Below are positions 19,436-29,957 of a stretch of DNA of 64,000 nucleotides, piece by piece. Under the pieces are notes generated by a model. The model saw only the letters and a list, made by a program, of their open reading frames with translations. It had not been told where the DNA came from and ran no database searches. A program made the position numbers and the translations under genes. The stretch is taken from positions 96,001 to 160,000 of the forward strand of contig JAVRCV020000031.1 in the NCBI GenBank assembly GCA_034530615.2, read 5' to 3'. Every line of letters starts with the position of its first letter. The stretch's first letter is position 1. The stretch is from Aulosira sp. ZfuVER01. Lineage in GTDB: Bacteria > Cyanobacteriota > Cyanobacteriia > Cyanobacteriales > Nostocaceae.

Positions 19436-21673
19436 TTATCCGTTGCTACGGACAGTAATCACAGCTACCGGACAGCGTGCTTTATTGAGAATAGCATCAG
19501 CACGATGACCAAAGAATACTCGACCTGTTATTGTCTGAATACTGCTGCCCAAAACAATTAAATCTACTTGCATAGTATAAGCATATTTGAGAATTTCAAA
19601 CTCTGGAATGCCAACTAGAATTGCAGTTTTGACCTCAGCTCCCAATCCTCGCCCCACCTCAGCTTGTTGATGCACAATTTGTGTGGCAATATCTCTGACC
19701 GAATTAATTGTCTGCTCCTCAAACAGAACATATTCTCGCTCAGTTCGGTTGACAACATTAACTAAAGTGACAATTGCCCCAGTTTGAGCAGCAATTGTAC
19801 TAGCAATTTCAACTGCGTGTAGGCTGTACTCGTTACCACTGGTGGGTACTAAAATATGAGCAAGTTTGTGATAGTCAGTTGGCTCGGTTGTAGATAAGTT
19901 AGATTTCACCACCATTGTGGCGCAGGGAGCTTCTTGAACCACTCGATCGACTAACAAATTGAACAGGGAACCACGAGAACGCTGATTTCCTGTTGCACCC
20001 AACACAATCAGGTCATAGCCTTTATTAGCTTCTTTGAGAATCACCTCAGCCTTATTTTGTCCCGATTCAACTTTGGTTTGCAGCAGTGAACCACTAGGGA
20101 GATTCATCTTTTTGGCTACAGCGGCAATAGCTGTGTCTGCCGTATTATCCTTAACAGCAGTTACTAATTTACGTGTGGGCTGTTGTTCGCTTTTAGCAAA
20201 TAAAGCAGTCACTTCTAAGGGATTTTGCTGTGCTAGATGGTTGACTAACTGGGCAGCTAACCGAACATTCGGTCCCCCTTGAGTGGGTACTAATATCCGG
20301 CGAATGCGCTTGATAAAGCTGCGACTGGCTAGTTCTTCTTGCTCTAAGCGTTGGGCTTCTTCTTCACCGATGGAAACTTTGGAAAGTGACCAACGTAATA
20401 AAGGCGGAGCCATCAATGAGGTGACGATCGCCACCATCACAATAATTGAATACATCTGCGGATTCAGTACGCCCAAGGAAACCCCAATGGTAGCGACGAT
20501 AATTTCCATCGCCCCCCTGGCGTTCATCCCTGACCCCATCGCAATCCCTTCCCAGTGGCTTAAGCCGCCCACACGAGAACCCAGATAAGCACCAGTGAAT
20601 TTACCAAAACAGGCGATCGCCAGCACCACCAAACCAACCACAAATGTTTGGGGAGCGAGCAGTTGGAGTAAATCTACCTTTAATCCGGCGGTGGCAAAGA
20701 AAATCGGTGCGAGAAACCCGGCGGTGATCAGTTCTAAAGTTAAACCAGCCTCTCGGCTAAAACGGGGTGATTGTCCTGCTAAAATCCCGGTGACAAAAGC
20801 TCCCAGTGCCGCTTCAATTCCTAGTTGGTGGGTAAAGGCGGCAGCACTTAGGGCTAGTACTAACAAAGCCGATAAACTAGCTGTTGCCCCACCAATATAA
20901 TCATCTACCCATCGTAGTACCCAAGCCATGAGCGATCGCCCTATGGTAAAGGCGATTCCTAAAAACAGGACTGCGCCTCCAACTGACCTAAATACCGTGG
21001 GGAAATCAAATTTACCACTGGTCGCCAACCCAGACACCACCGAAAGCAAAATCCAGCCGAGAGTATCATCGGTCATCCCCGCTGCAAGAGTCACCTGACC
21101 AATGTCCCGCCGAATCAGCTTTAAATCCATTAGCACCTTAGCAATTACTGGTACTGCTGAGATACTCATGGCAGTGGCAATAAACAGACTAAAGATTAAT
21201 CTTTGCTCAGGATTTGCCAAAAAGCTTTCTGGAAGAAACCAACCCAGCCCCAGTCCAGTGGCAAAGGGAATAATAATACCACCCAAGGAAATTAGTAATG
21301 CTGTTTTACCTTTACGGACAATCAAGTTCAGGTCTGTCTCTAATCCAGTTACAACTAGTAAAAACAGCACGCCTAACCAAGAGACAACCGAGAGTAAATC
21401 AGACTGTGCTTGACTTTTAGGAAAAATATGGTGCTGTAAATTTGGCAAAATCCAGCCAAATACCGATGGACCCAGCAATACCCCTGCGAGTAGTTCACCC
21501 ACTACTGGTGGTAGCTTGATTCGGCGCATTAACTCACCCAATCCTCTGGCAAACAAAAGTAGCAAAGCTAATTCCAGCAACACCAGCAGCAACTCATGGT
21601 GTCCAAGGGGCTTAATTAGACCTTTTTCTGCTAATGCGCCAGACGCGAGTATAGGGTTAAGCAGTAAATTCAT
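19436..21673 (-). CDS. Cation:proton antiporter (CPA2/KefB-like) with two C-terminal universal stress protein domains
   Basis: GELLAGVLLGPS, GLETD, DDTLGW and GMNARG; two USP repeats (ILVPT...DLIVLG...APC/ARCPV). Confidence 0.9.
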   Translation of the reverse strand: MNLLLNPILASGALAEKGLIKPLGHHELLLVLLELALLLLFARGLGELMRRIKLPPVVGELLAGVLLGPSVFGWILPNLQHHIFPKSQAQSDLLSVVSWLGVLFLLVVTGLETDLNLIVRKGKTALLISLGGIIIPFATGLGLGWFLPESFLANPEQRLIFSLFIATAMSISAVPVIAKVLMDLKLIRRDIGQVTLAAGMTDDTLGWILLSVVSGLATSGKFDFPTVFRSVGGAVLFLGIAFTIGRSLMAWVLRWVDDYIGGATASLSALLVLALSAAAFTHQLGIEAALGAFVTGILAGQSPRFSREAGLTLELITAGFLAPIFFATAGLKVDLLQLLAPQTFVVGLVVLAIACFGKFTGAYLGSRVGGLSHWEGIAMGSGMNARGAMEIIVATIGVSLGVLNPQMYSIIVMVAIVTSLMAPPLLRWSLSKVSIGEEEAQRLEQEELASRSFIKRIRRILVPTQGGPNVRLAAQLVNHLAQQNPLEVTALFAKSEQQPTRKLVTAVKDNTADTAIAAVAKKMNLPSGSLLQTKVESGQNKAEVILKEANKGYDLIVLGATGNQRSRGSLFNLLVDRVVQEAPCATMVVKSNLSTTEPTDYHKLAHILVPTSGNEYSLHAVEIASTIAAQTGAIVTLVNVVNRTEREYVLFEEQTINSVRDIATQIVHQQAEVGRGLGAEVKTAILVGIPEFEILKYAYTMQVDLIVLGSSIQTITGRVFFGHRADAILNKARCPVAVITVRSNG

Positions 21674-21881
21674 GTTTTCAAGTAGTTTTTAATTAATGCA
21701 GGTATATTGGAACTCTGACTAATCTCTTTCAGAGTGAGTGTAAAGGTTGAAGATTTAGGGTAAAAAAATAGCCCAAAAAAAAAGTTTTAGCAACCTTAAT
21801 TTATTGAGTAATTTTTTTACATATACTCTTAGGCACTCTTACTCCTGTTTTCACCATACAAGCATTTACTTAGCATAAAAA

Positions 21882-21910
21882 TAATGATGAGGATTTCTCC
21901 CTCATCATTA
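21882..21910. terminator. Hairpin downstream of the 21959-22366 gene
   Basis: Perfect 11-bp inverted repeat TAATGATGAGG/CCTCATCATTA. Confidence 0.5.
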
Positions 21911-21958
21911 AAGCTACAGTACCCCTATAAACCTTTGACTGTTGTTGTTGTAACAATG

Positions 21959-22366
21959 CTAAACCAGACCAGGGCCTCTACCGCGAGTATCATCCTTGTC
22001 TGTTAACTCACCTTCTTTATCTTCATTTGCTTCTATGAGTTCTTCAGCGCGGTTAGCAGTGTCCTGTGCTGCTGATTCTTGTGCATCGCCAGGTACTTCA
22101 TAGTACATTTCTGGCTCAACTGCGTAGTTGTTCAATAAACCTTCTTTATCAACTGTGTAACCGTCTGTGGTGCGTATGCTATCGCTGTGAGTTTGCTCGT
22201 CAGTTGGCGCGCTTGCTTCTCTTTCTTCTGTGGGGACTGTTTTGTACAAGTCTCCTTCTCTTTCTTTGCGGGCAGCGGTTTCCGCAGGGATAATACCTCT
22301 GTCGTATACATCTGATTGAACGCGATCGGATGAGTCAACTGCTTTTTTAACTTCTTTATTAGCCAT
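21959..22366 (-). CDS. Acidic hydrophilic hypothetical protein (probable stress protein)
   Basis: 135 aa, D/E-rich, YDRGIIPAETAARKEREG and GYTVDKEGLLNNYAVEPEMY; GAGGA RBS upstream. Confidence 0.7.
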   Translation of the reverse strand: MANKEVKKAVDSSDRVQSDVYDRGIIPAETAARKEREGDLYKTVPTEEREASAPTDEQTHSDSIRTTDGYTVDKEGLLNNYAVEPEMYYEVPGDAQESAAQDTANRAEELIEANEDKEGELTDKDDTRGRGPGLV

Positions 22367-22741
22367 AAATCAATTCCTCGTTAAACATTTTCTTGAATAA
22401 CTTCTTCAACTAGATTAGGCTTTTAATCCAGAGAAAAATACTATCTTGAGAAGTGAATTAATTAGGATAATTAACTATTTACTCTATCCGAAGATATATC
22501 TTACTTTCTGATTAAGGGCGAAATGCTTGAATCTAGGCTGATTACTACATTAATTGTTCAATTAATAGCAAAACAATTAATATAATTATCTTCTGTTTTA
22601 TAAGTATTTTTAATTGAGAAAACTAATAAGTTGTAGGACAAGCGCTGCTCACCCTACAACTTATTCACATATATTACTAGTACCGCTGATTGCCTTACCT
22701 GCATTCACAACTGCATTGAACAGCTTTTTATTGCACTAGTT

Positions 22742-23191
22742 TCAAGTTTCGGTATATTCTTTGCCTACAATTTGTCTTTGCAAATTTTGAATTTCATACA
22801 TTAATTCTTGCCGCGTCGAAGCTTTAATTAGATAGCGAAAAATCAACCAGGTTGTATAACCCATTCCAATTAGCTCAAAAGTTGGTGACACTAAAGGAAT
22901 AGAATTGATTGCAGCTAGGATAGCTAACACGACTTTGAGTGTCACAATCGCAGATACAATCAAAACTACGGTGATTAAAGGCTGTTTGTATTGGTTATAG
23001 AATATACCTAAATATTCAGGAAGATTTGCTAAGAAATCAGCAACTTGACTGAGAATTTGTCGCCATTGCTCATTAGATTGATTAGCGGGCGGTAGCTTTG
23101 GCAAGCTTTGATTGTCTACACCTGGAAGCGCTACTGTAGCTTCTGCTGAGTTAGGGTTAGTTAATTCAATTTGCTGTTGTTCGGTTTCCAT
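22742..23191 (-). CDS. CAAD domain / CURT1-like thylakoid membrane protein
   Basis: AINSIPLVSPTFELIGMGYTTWLIFRYL..STRQEL signature. Confidence 0.85.
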   Translation of the reverse strand: METEQQQIELTNPNSAEATVALPGVDNQSLPKLPPANQSNEQWRQILSQVADFLANLPEYLGIFYNQYKQPLITVVLIVSAIVTLKVVLAILAAINSIPLVSPTFELIGMGYTTWLIFRYLIKASTRQELMYEIQNLQRQIVGKEYTET

Positions 23192-23388
23192 ATTTTTTGT
23201 ATTTTGGTATTGACAACAGTTTTGATAATTGACTGTACTTCAATCAGTATAATAGTCCCGATTTGAGCCGGAAACTATTTGTGTCGTGTTAAAAGTCTAC
23301 AATCAATCATACATTGTTTTTGATTATAGACTTCTAACTATATTAAATTTTAGTGATGCAGCCTAATAAGCCCAAATTACATTTGTTC

Positions 23389-23859
23389 TTATCTATTTTG
23401 TTGTACTGGTGGAGCAACTGCTGCTTTGACAACTACTTTTTTGACACCTTTAATTTGCTTTGCTAAAGGTTCAATTTTAGCTAGTTGTTGCTGGTTATTT
23501 ACAGTTCCACCAATAGTAACTGTGCCATTTTTGTCTGCTTCAACTGTGAGCGCACCATTAGGAATATTCGCCTCTATTTTAGAGCGAACTTCACTAGCAA
23601 GGTCGCCTTCATCTCTTTTTGTATCACCGCCACCAGCATTGTTACGTTGTTCGCGAGCGCGAATATCAGCATTTAATTGATCGCGACGAGTCTGACTCTG
23701 GGCATCTTTTTGAGCAGCTTCCGTTGCTTGAGCATCTGGTCTTTGCACAGCTTCGTTAGGATTAGCGGGTGCTGATTCACTAGTTTTCTCAGTATTATTA
23801 CAAGCAACAGCACCAAAAATTAGAAGACTGCTAATTAAGAAAGGTGTTAGTTTTTTCAT
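23389..23859 (-). CDS. BON domain lipoprotein
   Basis: MKKL...AVAC lipobox (start ATG 23859); C-terminal VRSKIEAN..LTVEA..GTVTIGGTV...AKQIKGVKKV BON fold. Confidence 0.85.
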   Translation of the reverse strand: MKKLTPFLISSLLIFGAVACNNTEKTSESAPANPNEAVQRPDAQATEAAQKDAQSQTRRDQLNADIRAREQRNNAGGGDTKRDEGDLASEVRSKIEANIPNGALTVEADKNGTVTIGGTVNNQQQLAKIEPLAKQIKGVKKVVVKAAVAPPVQQNR

Positions 23860-23969
23860 TTCTGTTCTCTTGGTATAAATATGCAAATTGTGAGTTGTGC
23901 TGATGTGTGCGGGAGTAGGGAGGAGCAAGTTTTCTTTACTCTTGCTCCCATTGCAGAAATTTTTGCGCC

Positions 23970-25892
23970 TTAGAGGTTTTCATCTCGGCGGTCAACAATA
24001 ACCACAGAAGGCTCTTCTCGATAAACCTCTCCTGGATGAGTGGTGCGAGTTGTATCAACAACCGATCTGTCATGGTGATGCACTCTATCTAGATCGGTGG
24101 CGTCATAGGTTGCGAATTCTTCTATTCCCCGGCGTTTGAGAATAGTTTCAGCTTGGTGAATTTCTGATTCTGTACCATCGACAATTACCAGATAGTCGCC
24201 TCTTTGGAAGCGATCGCTATAAACTCGCGCCCGGTTTTCGGGAATTCCTAAGCCAACCAATCCGCCTGTAATCCCGCCTGCGGCTGCACCTATAGCACCA
24301 CCTGCAACTGTTGTGGCTAAAGCAGTAGCTACTGCACCACCTGCAATTACAGGGCCTACGCCAGGTATTGCTAATGCACCAAGACCGACTAACAGGCCAC
24401 CTAAACCACCGAGAGCTGCACCTGTAGCTGCACCAGCTTTTGCACCTTCATCTGCTTTAGTTGTTGTAGCGACGTTTCTATCTACACCAGTATTCACGCC
24501 CCCAGCGTTCACACCAGCAATGCGATCGCCTTCATTATGTTTTGCAATGATCGAGACTCGACTCATGGGGAAACCAGCATCTCGCAGTTCTGTCAATGCG
24601 GCTTCTGCATCGCGACGGTGAGCAAACACACCAATCGCCCGTTTATTTAAGCGAGCATCAACTGGTCTGTCGTGGTGATGCACTCTATCTATATCAGTAG
24701 CGTCATAAACTGCGAATTCTTCAATTCCCCGACGTTTGAGAATAGTTTCAGCTTGATGGACTTCTGATTCTGTACCATCAACGATGACTAGATAGTCGCC
24801 TCTACCGAAGCGATCGCTATAAACTCGCGCCCGGTTTTCGGGAATTCCTAAGCCAACCAATCCACCTGTAATTCCACCAGCGGCTGCACCCACAGCACCA
24901 CCAGCTACGGCGGTGGCGATCGCTGTAGCTGCTGCACCACCTGCAATTACAGGGCCAACTCCGGGGATTGCTAAAGCACCCAGGCCTACCAACAAACCGC
25001 CCAAACCGCCGAGTGCTGCACCTGTAGCGGCTCCGGCTTTTGCACCTTCATCTGCTTTATTACCTCTGCCGACGTTTCTATCTACACCAGTGTTCACGTC
25101 AGTAGTGTTAACGCCAGCAATGCGATCGCCATCTGTATTTTTAGCAATCAGTGAAACTCGACTCATCGGGAAACCAGCATCTCGCAGTTCAGTTAATGCT
25201 GCTTCTGCATCTCGACGGTGAGCAAACACACCAATCGCTCGTTTCTGTCTTACAACATCTCCACGAGTACCAACGGGAGTATGAGGAACAGCGCTGACTA
25301 CACGATCTCCATGAGCACCAACGGGTGTACCAGGAACATCATATTCGCTGCGTGGTCGGTCATAAACATTGAACTCTTCGATATTCCAACGTCTGAGAAT
25401 AAGTTCGGCTCTAGCAATTTCTTCGTCTGTACCATCTACTATTACTAGATAGCCACCTCGCTCCACTCGTTCGTTATAAACTCTGGCTCGTTCTTCGGGA
25501 ATTCCTAAACCAATCAATCCGCCAAGTAAACTACCCGCTGCTGCACCAATACCTGCGCCAGCTAGAGTTGTAGCTATAGCAGTGGCTGTTGCACCAGCAA
25601 GCATGATTGGGCCAATTCCGGGGATTGCTAAAGTGCCAAGACCTACCAACAAGCCAGTCAGACCACCCAAAGCACCACCTGTAACTGCGCCGGTTTTTGC
25701 ACCTTCATCAGCTTTATCACCAACCTTCTCTGTCACCGGAGTACCAGCAATTTCACCATTATGGTCTCTATCTCTGGCAATTACAGATACTCTATCCATG
25801 ACGATGCCAGCATTGCCTAACTCGCGCAGTGCTTGTTCAGCATCACTACGATTATGAAATACGCCTATAGCACGTCTAGTTACTACAGTCAT
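23970..25892 (-). CDS. General stress protein (YflT/DUF1269-like) with three tandem Gly-zipper membrane modules
   Basis: Three repeats of RAIGVF..R.DAE.AL.EL..AG...KADEGAK.GA..GG.LGGL.GLLVGLG.LAIPG.GP...GLGIPE.RARVY. Confidence 0.8.
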   Translation of the reverse strand: MTVVTRRAIGVFHNRSDAEQALRELGNAGIVMDRVSVIARDRDHNGEIAGTPVTEKVGDKADEGAKTGAVTGGALGGLTGLLVGLGTLAIPGIGPIMLAGATATAIATTLAGAGIGAAAGSLLGGLIGLGIPEERARVYNERVERGGYLVIVDGTDEEIARAELILRRWNIEEFNVYDRPRSEYDVPGTPVGAHGDRVVSAVPHTPVGTRGDVVRQKRAIGVFAHRRDAEAALTELRDAGFPMSRVSLIAKNTDGDRIAGVNTTDVNTGVDRNVGRGNKADEGAKAGAATGAALGGLGGLLVGLGALAIPGVGPVIAGGAAATAIATAVAGGAVGAAAGGITGGLVGLGIPENRARVYSDRFGRGDYLVIVDGTESEVHQAETILKRRGIEEFAVYDATDIDRVHHHDRPVDARLNKRAIGVFAHRRDAEAALTELRDAGFPMSRVSIIAKHNEGDRIAGVNAGGVNTGVDRNVATTTKADEGAKAGAATGAALGGLGGLLVGLGALAIPGVGPVIAGGAVATALATTVAGGAIGAAAGGITGGLVGLGIPENRARVYSDRFQRGDYLVIVDGTESEIHQAETILKRRGIEEFATYDATDLDRVHHHDRSVVDTTRTTHPGEVYREEPSVVIVDRRDENL

Positions 25893-26451
25893 TTGTTTCT
25901 CCCAAATAAGAAAATCACTTAAACAGCTAATTTATTAAGCTCACTGAGCCTAATGTAGGCTTTTTTTTAATTACTTTTCATCAATCATTCGGCTGAAATT
26001 ATCTATCTATCATTGGATATAGATGAGTTAATCAATCTCTTAAATAATGGTCAGATTTTTTGTTAAAAAAGGAATTTTTTCACATGAGATTTTTTGCTTT
26101 ATTCGATATTTGTTGCTGTATTTAAGGTTTTACTCTGTTAAAGAAAGAATTTTTTATGCTTTTAAATAAATAAAACAATTTTTATTAAAACATTCTCTTA
26201 ATTCAAAGCAAGCTTTTGTATTAAATTAAGATTTTGTTATTTGTAAAGAGTTTTTTGTGCAACACATTCATTGCTCAAGTTAACAAAGTAAATAATGGTA
26301 TATATACTTAATCATTGAGAAGTATAACTTTTGATTGATAGATTTATTACTTAGGAAAGTGTATGTACCTATCACTGGTTTATAGACTGATAAATAAGCC
26401 ATTTCCTAGAGAAATGGAAGTTCAACCATCAAACGTAAGAGAGATAATTCT

Positions 26452-29400
26452 ATGTTTCAAAATTTTGAAACTATGTTGAGATGGGACTGGCTACCGTTGG
26501 GTGTAACATCCACAAGCGGAATACCAGAAATTATCAGTCCAGAAAGAGTATCAGTTGTCTTTTCCAGCCCTAAATTTTTTGTGGCATTTTTGGCTGGTAC
26601 TTTAATGGCATTAGCTTTTCAATTACTGTTAACAAACTTTTCCGTAGCGGCAGGCATTTCATCATGGGATTTTGATGATGATGATAGCGATCGCTCAGAA
26701 AGTTTGGGTCACAAAATTCGCGAAGTAGAAGGTAAAATTGGTATTTGGGCATTAATTACCGCTACAATTTCGTTATTTGCTGCTAGTTTTTTAGCGGTGA
26801 AACTAAGTTTAATTCAAAGTGCCCTGTTTGGAGCTATTATCGGTGTAGTTATCTGGTCTACCTTTTTCTTTTTGATAGTTTGGTTAGGTTCATCGACGGT
26901 AGGTTCTTTAATTGGTTCTCTGGCTCACACCTTTACTTCTGGCTTGCAAAGCCTCATGGGTACTGCAACTGCTGGGATTGGTGCAAATGTAGCTCAAAGA
27001 CAAATGGTTTCTACTGCTGAGGAAATCACAGCTGCTGTGCGGCGAGAATTAACTTCAGGTTTTGACCCTGACAGTATTAGGAATACGCTACAAAGTTCCT
27101 TAAATTCTCTGCAAATACCAAACCTAGATTTAAAAGAAATTCGCTCTCAATTTGATAAGATACTTAGCGATGTCGATTTCCAAGGAATCGCTAATAGTGA
27201 TGTGCTACGCAATATCAATCGCCAGACATTTGTTGATTTAATTAGCGATCGCTCAAATTTATCTCCAGGCGATGTCAATAAAATTGCCGATCAATTAGAA
27301 GCTGCTTGGCAACAAGCTTCATCGCGGAGAAATCCCACAGAGATAGTAATTAATTTGCTCAAATCTGCCACTCCTGAAGAATTGAAATCAGAAAATTTAG
27401 GGGAACGGCTTCAGCAATTGGTTGGAGTCGGCGGAGGAAGAGGAAATGGTAACGGTAGCAATGGCGTACTCAAGCAAGCTGTTCAATATGGTGTAGGTGC
27501 GGCTGTCCCATTAGTATTAGATCGGGCTGATCTGTCTAATATAGATGTGGGTAAAATCACAAATGAGTTGCAAAAACTGAAAGACAAAGTTCAAGATATC
27601 GATGTTGAGAAAATCACTCACGAACTGCAACACTTCACAGAGAAAACTACGGAGCAAGTAGCGCAGAAATTACCAACATCTAACCGCAACAATATTAAAG
27701 CAGATGTAGAAGAATACATCTCGAATTCTTTCCCTTGGCATTTTAACCGCCTGACGATTAAAGATGAATTCCAAGATGCCATATACGATCCACAAGCAGA
27801 TCCAGCTACTACGCGCAGAGAGTTAGAAGGAATCAATCAAGAGTTCCTAACCGAATTGCTAATACGGCGAAGCGATATCAGTGAAGCGAGAGTCAAAGAA
27901 ATCGTCCAGCAGCTAGAAAGCATTCGCCAGGAAGTTTTACAAACTGTGCAACAGTCAAATGCACGAGAACAATGGCAAGACTTGCGCACCCAGATTGAAA
28001 ATTATCTGCGTTCCACAGGCAAAGAACAACTCAATCCGGAAAATATTCAACGTAATTTTGCAGAGTTACTAGAAGATCCACAAGCGAGTTTAGAAGATTT
28101 AAGAGGACGCTTCTCGCAATTTGACCGTGAGACATTTGTCCAAGTTCTCCAGCAACGTCAAGACCTCAGCCAAGAGGAAGCCAATAATATTGTTAGTCAA
28201 CTCGAAAGCACTCGCGACTCTGTATTAAATCGTGCTAGAGAATTGCAAGACCAAGCACAAGCAAAAACCGCTGAACTACGCCAAAGAGTAGAAGACTACC
28301 TACGCAATACTAACAAGGAAGAACTGAATCCTGAAGGTATCAAACGCGATTTTAGAACTTTACTCGAAGACCCACAAGCAGGTATTTCTGCGTTACGCGA
28401 TCGCCTATCGCAATTTGATCGTGATACTCTGGTGCAACTACTCTCTCAGCGTCAAGATTTGAGCGAAGAACAGGTTAACCAAACTATCGATCAGCTAGAA
28501 GGTGTACGGGATAACATCTTGCAAGCACCCCAAGCATTAGCAGGTAAAGCTAAAGAACAATACGAACAAACTAGCGCCAAAATCGCAGAATATCTGCGTA
28601 ATACCAATCTCGAAGAACTCAACCCTGAAGGTATCAGACGAGATTTAGAAACTCTACTTTCCGATCCGAGAGAAGGTGCTGCGGCTTTACGCGATCGCCT
28701 ATCACAATTCGATCGTGATACTTTGGTACAACTCCTTAGCCAACGCGGAAACTTGAGCGAGGAGCAAATTAATCGCACTATCGACCAAGTTCAAGAAGCG
28801 ATTAGTAGTATTGTCAAAGCACCACAACGCTTGGCAAACCGCACTACACAAAGGGTTGTAGATTTTGGTAAGAGTCTGGAGAATTACCTGCGTCACACTA
28901 ATAAAGAAGAACTCAACCCTGAAAGTATCAAGCGCGATTTGCAATTACTGTTGCAAGATCCACGATTGGGAATTGGCAATTTAAGCGATCGCCTTGCTAG
29001 ATTCGACCGTTCGACAATTGTCAGTTTACTATCGCAACGGGAAGATATCTCAGAAGAAGAAGCCAACCGAATTGTCGATCAAATTGAGTCTGTGCGCGAC
29101 TCCTTGAGTAAGCAATATCAGCAGATTCAACAAAGAGTACAATCGGTTGTTGATAACTCCTTTGGTAGAATTCGCGATTATCTCAACTCCCTGGATCGTC
29201 CAGAACTTAACTACGACAACATTAAGCAAGACTTTGCTAAATTGTTTGACGATCCGCAAGCTGGATTTGAAGCCTTACGCGATCGCCTCAGCCACTTTGA
29301 TCGTGATACTCTAGTTGCGCTCATCAGTTCGCGCCGCGATATTACCCAAGAAGATGCTACCCGCATTATCGATCAAGTAGAAGCAGCGCGAGATAGCGTA

Positions 29401-29604
29401 CTGCATCGTGCCGAACGCATCCAGCAAGAAGCGCAAAAACGCATCAAAGCAATTCAACACCAAGCGAAAAAGCAAGCTGAATCAACCAAAAAAACCGTTG
29501 CAACTGCGGCTTGGTGGCTATTTGGGACAGCGCTAACTTCTCTGGTTGCAAGTGCGATCGCTGGAGTCATCGCCGCCACAGGTGGTTTAAACTTCATCAG
29601 CTAA
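26452..29604 (+). CDS. Large membrane-anchored helical-repeat protein (N-terminal TM bundle, ~100-aa repeats, C-terminal TM)
   Basis: Repeated YLR.T.KEELNPEGI.RD...LL.DP..G...LRDRLSQFDRDTLV.LLSQR.D.S.EE...I.DQ.E. Confidence 0.8.
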   Translation: MFQNFETMLRWDWLPLGVTSTSGIPEIISPERVSVVFSSPKFFVAFLAGTLMALAFQLLLTNFSVAAGISSWDFDDDDSDRSESLGHKIREVEGKIGIWALITATISLFAASFLAVKLSLIQSALFGAIIGVVIWSTFFFLIVWLGSSTVGSLIGSLAHTFTSGLQSLMGTATAGIGANVAQRQMVSTAEEITAAVRRELTSGFDPDSIRNTLQSSLNSLQIPNLDLKEIRSQFDKILSDVDFQGIANSDVLRNINRQTFVDLISDRSNLSPGDVNKIADQLEAAWQQASSRRNPTEIVINLLKSATPEELKSENLGERLQQLVGVGGGRGNGNGSNGVLKQAVQYGVGAAVPLVLDRADLSNIDVGKITNELQKLKDKVQDIDVEKITHELQHFTEKTTEQVAQKLPTSNRNNIKADVEEYISNSFPWHFNRLTIKDEFQDAIYDPQADPATTRRELEGINQEFLTELLIRRSDISEARVKEIVQQLESIRQEVLQTVQQSNAREQWQDLRTQIENYLRSTGKEQLNPENIQRNFAELLEDPQASLEDLRGRFSQFDRETFVQVLQQRQDLSQEEANNIVSQLESTRDSVLNRARELQDQAQAKTAELRQRVEDYLRNTNKEELNPEGIKRDFRTLLEDPQAGISALRDRLSQFDRDTLVQLLSQRQDLSEEQVNQTIDQLEGVRDNILQAPQALAGKAKEQYEQTSAKIAEYLRNTNLEELNPEGIRRDLETLLSDPREGAAALRDRLSQFDRDTLVQLLSQRGNLSEEQINRTIDQVQEAISSIVKAPQRLANRTTQRVVDFGKSLENYLRHTNKEELNPESIKRDLQLLLQDPRLGIGNLSDRLARFDRSTIVSLLSQREDISEEEANRIVDQIESVRDSLSKQYQQIQQRVQSVVDNSFGRIRDYLNSLDRPELNYDNIKQDFAKLFDDPQAGFEALRDRLSHFDRDTLVALISSRRDITQEDATRIIDQVEAARDSVLHRAERIQQEAQKRIKAIQHQAKKQAESTKKTVATAAWWLFGTALTSLVASAIAGVIAATGGLNFIS

Positions 29605-29957
29605 ACTATCCCCTCCCTGGCTGCTTTATTGTTAGGGTGCGTTATGCCGTAGGCTAACGCATCCCACCAAATGAAAACTATAAATATGTAATTCCGTTTG
29701 CATAAGTCTGCTTCGCCTAAATTACAGGTTGTGAGCAGGCTTATTTTTTGATTTAGGACTTACACAAAACCTCTTAAACTCTTATTCCTCAGTGTACTTT
29801 GCGTTCTCTGTGGTTCGTTAGATTTAGTTTTATTTAGCTATCAAAAGTTAATCGATTAGTTTGGGAATCATTAACATGTCCAACAAAGGATTGATCGGAC
29901 TGAAGCTGTTCTATCTCCAACCCTTAAACATACATCTGTATTAATACCTAAAAAACA

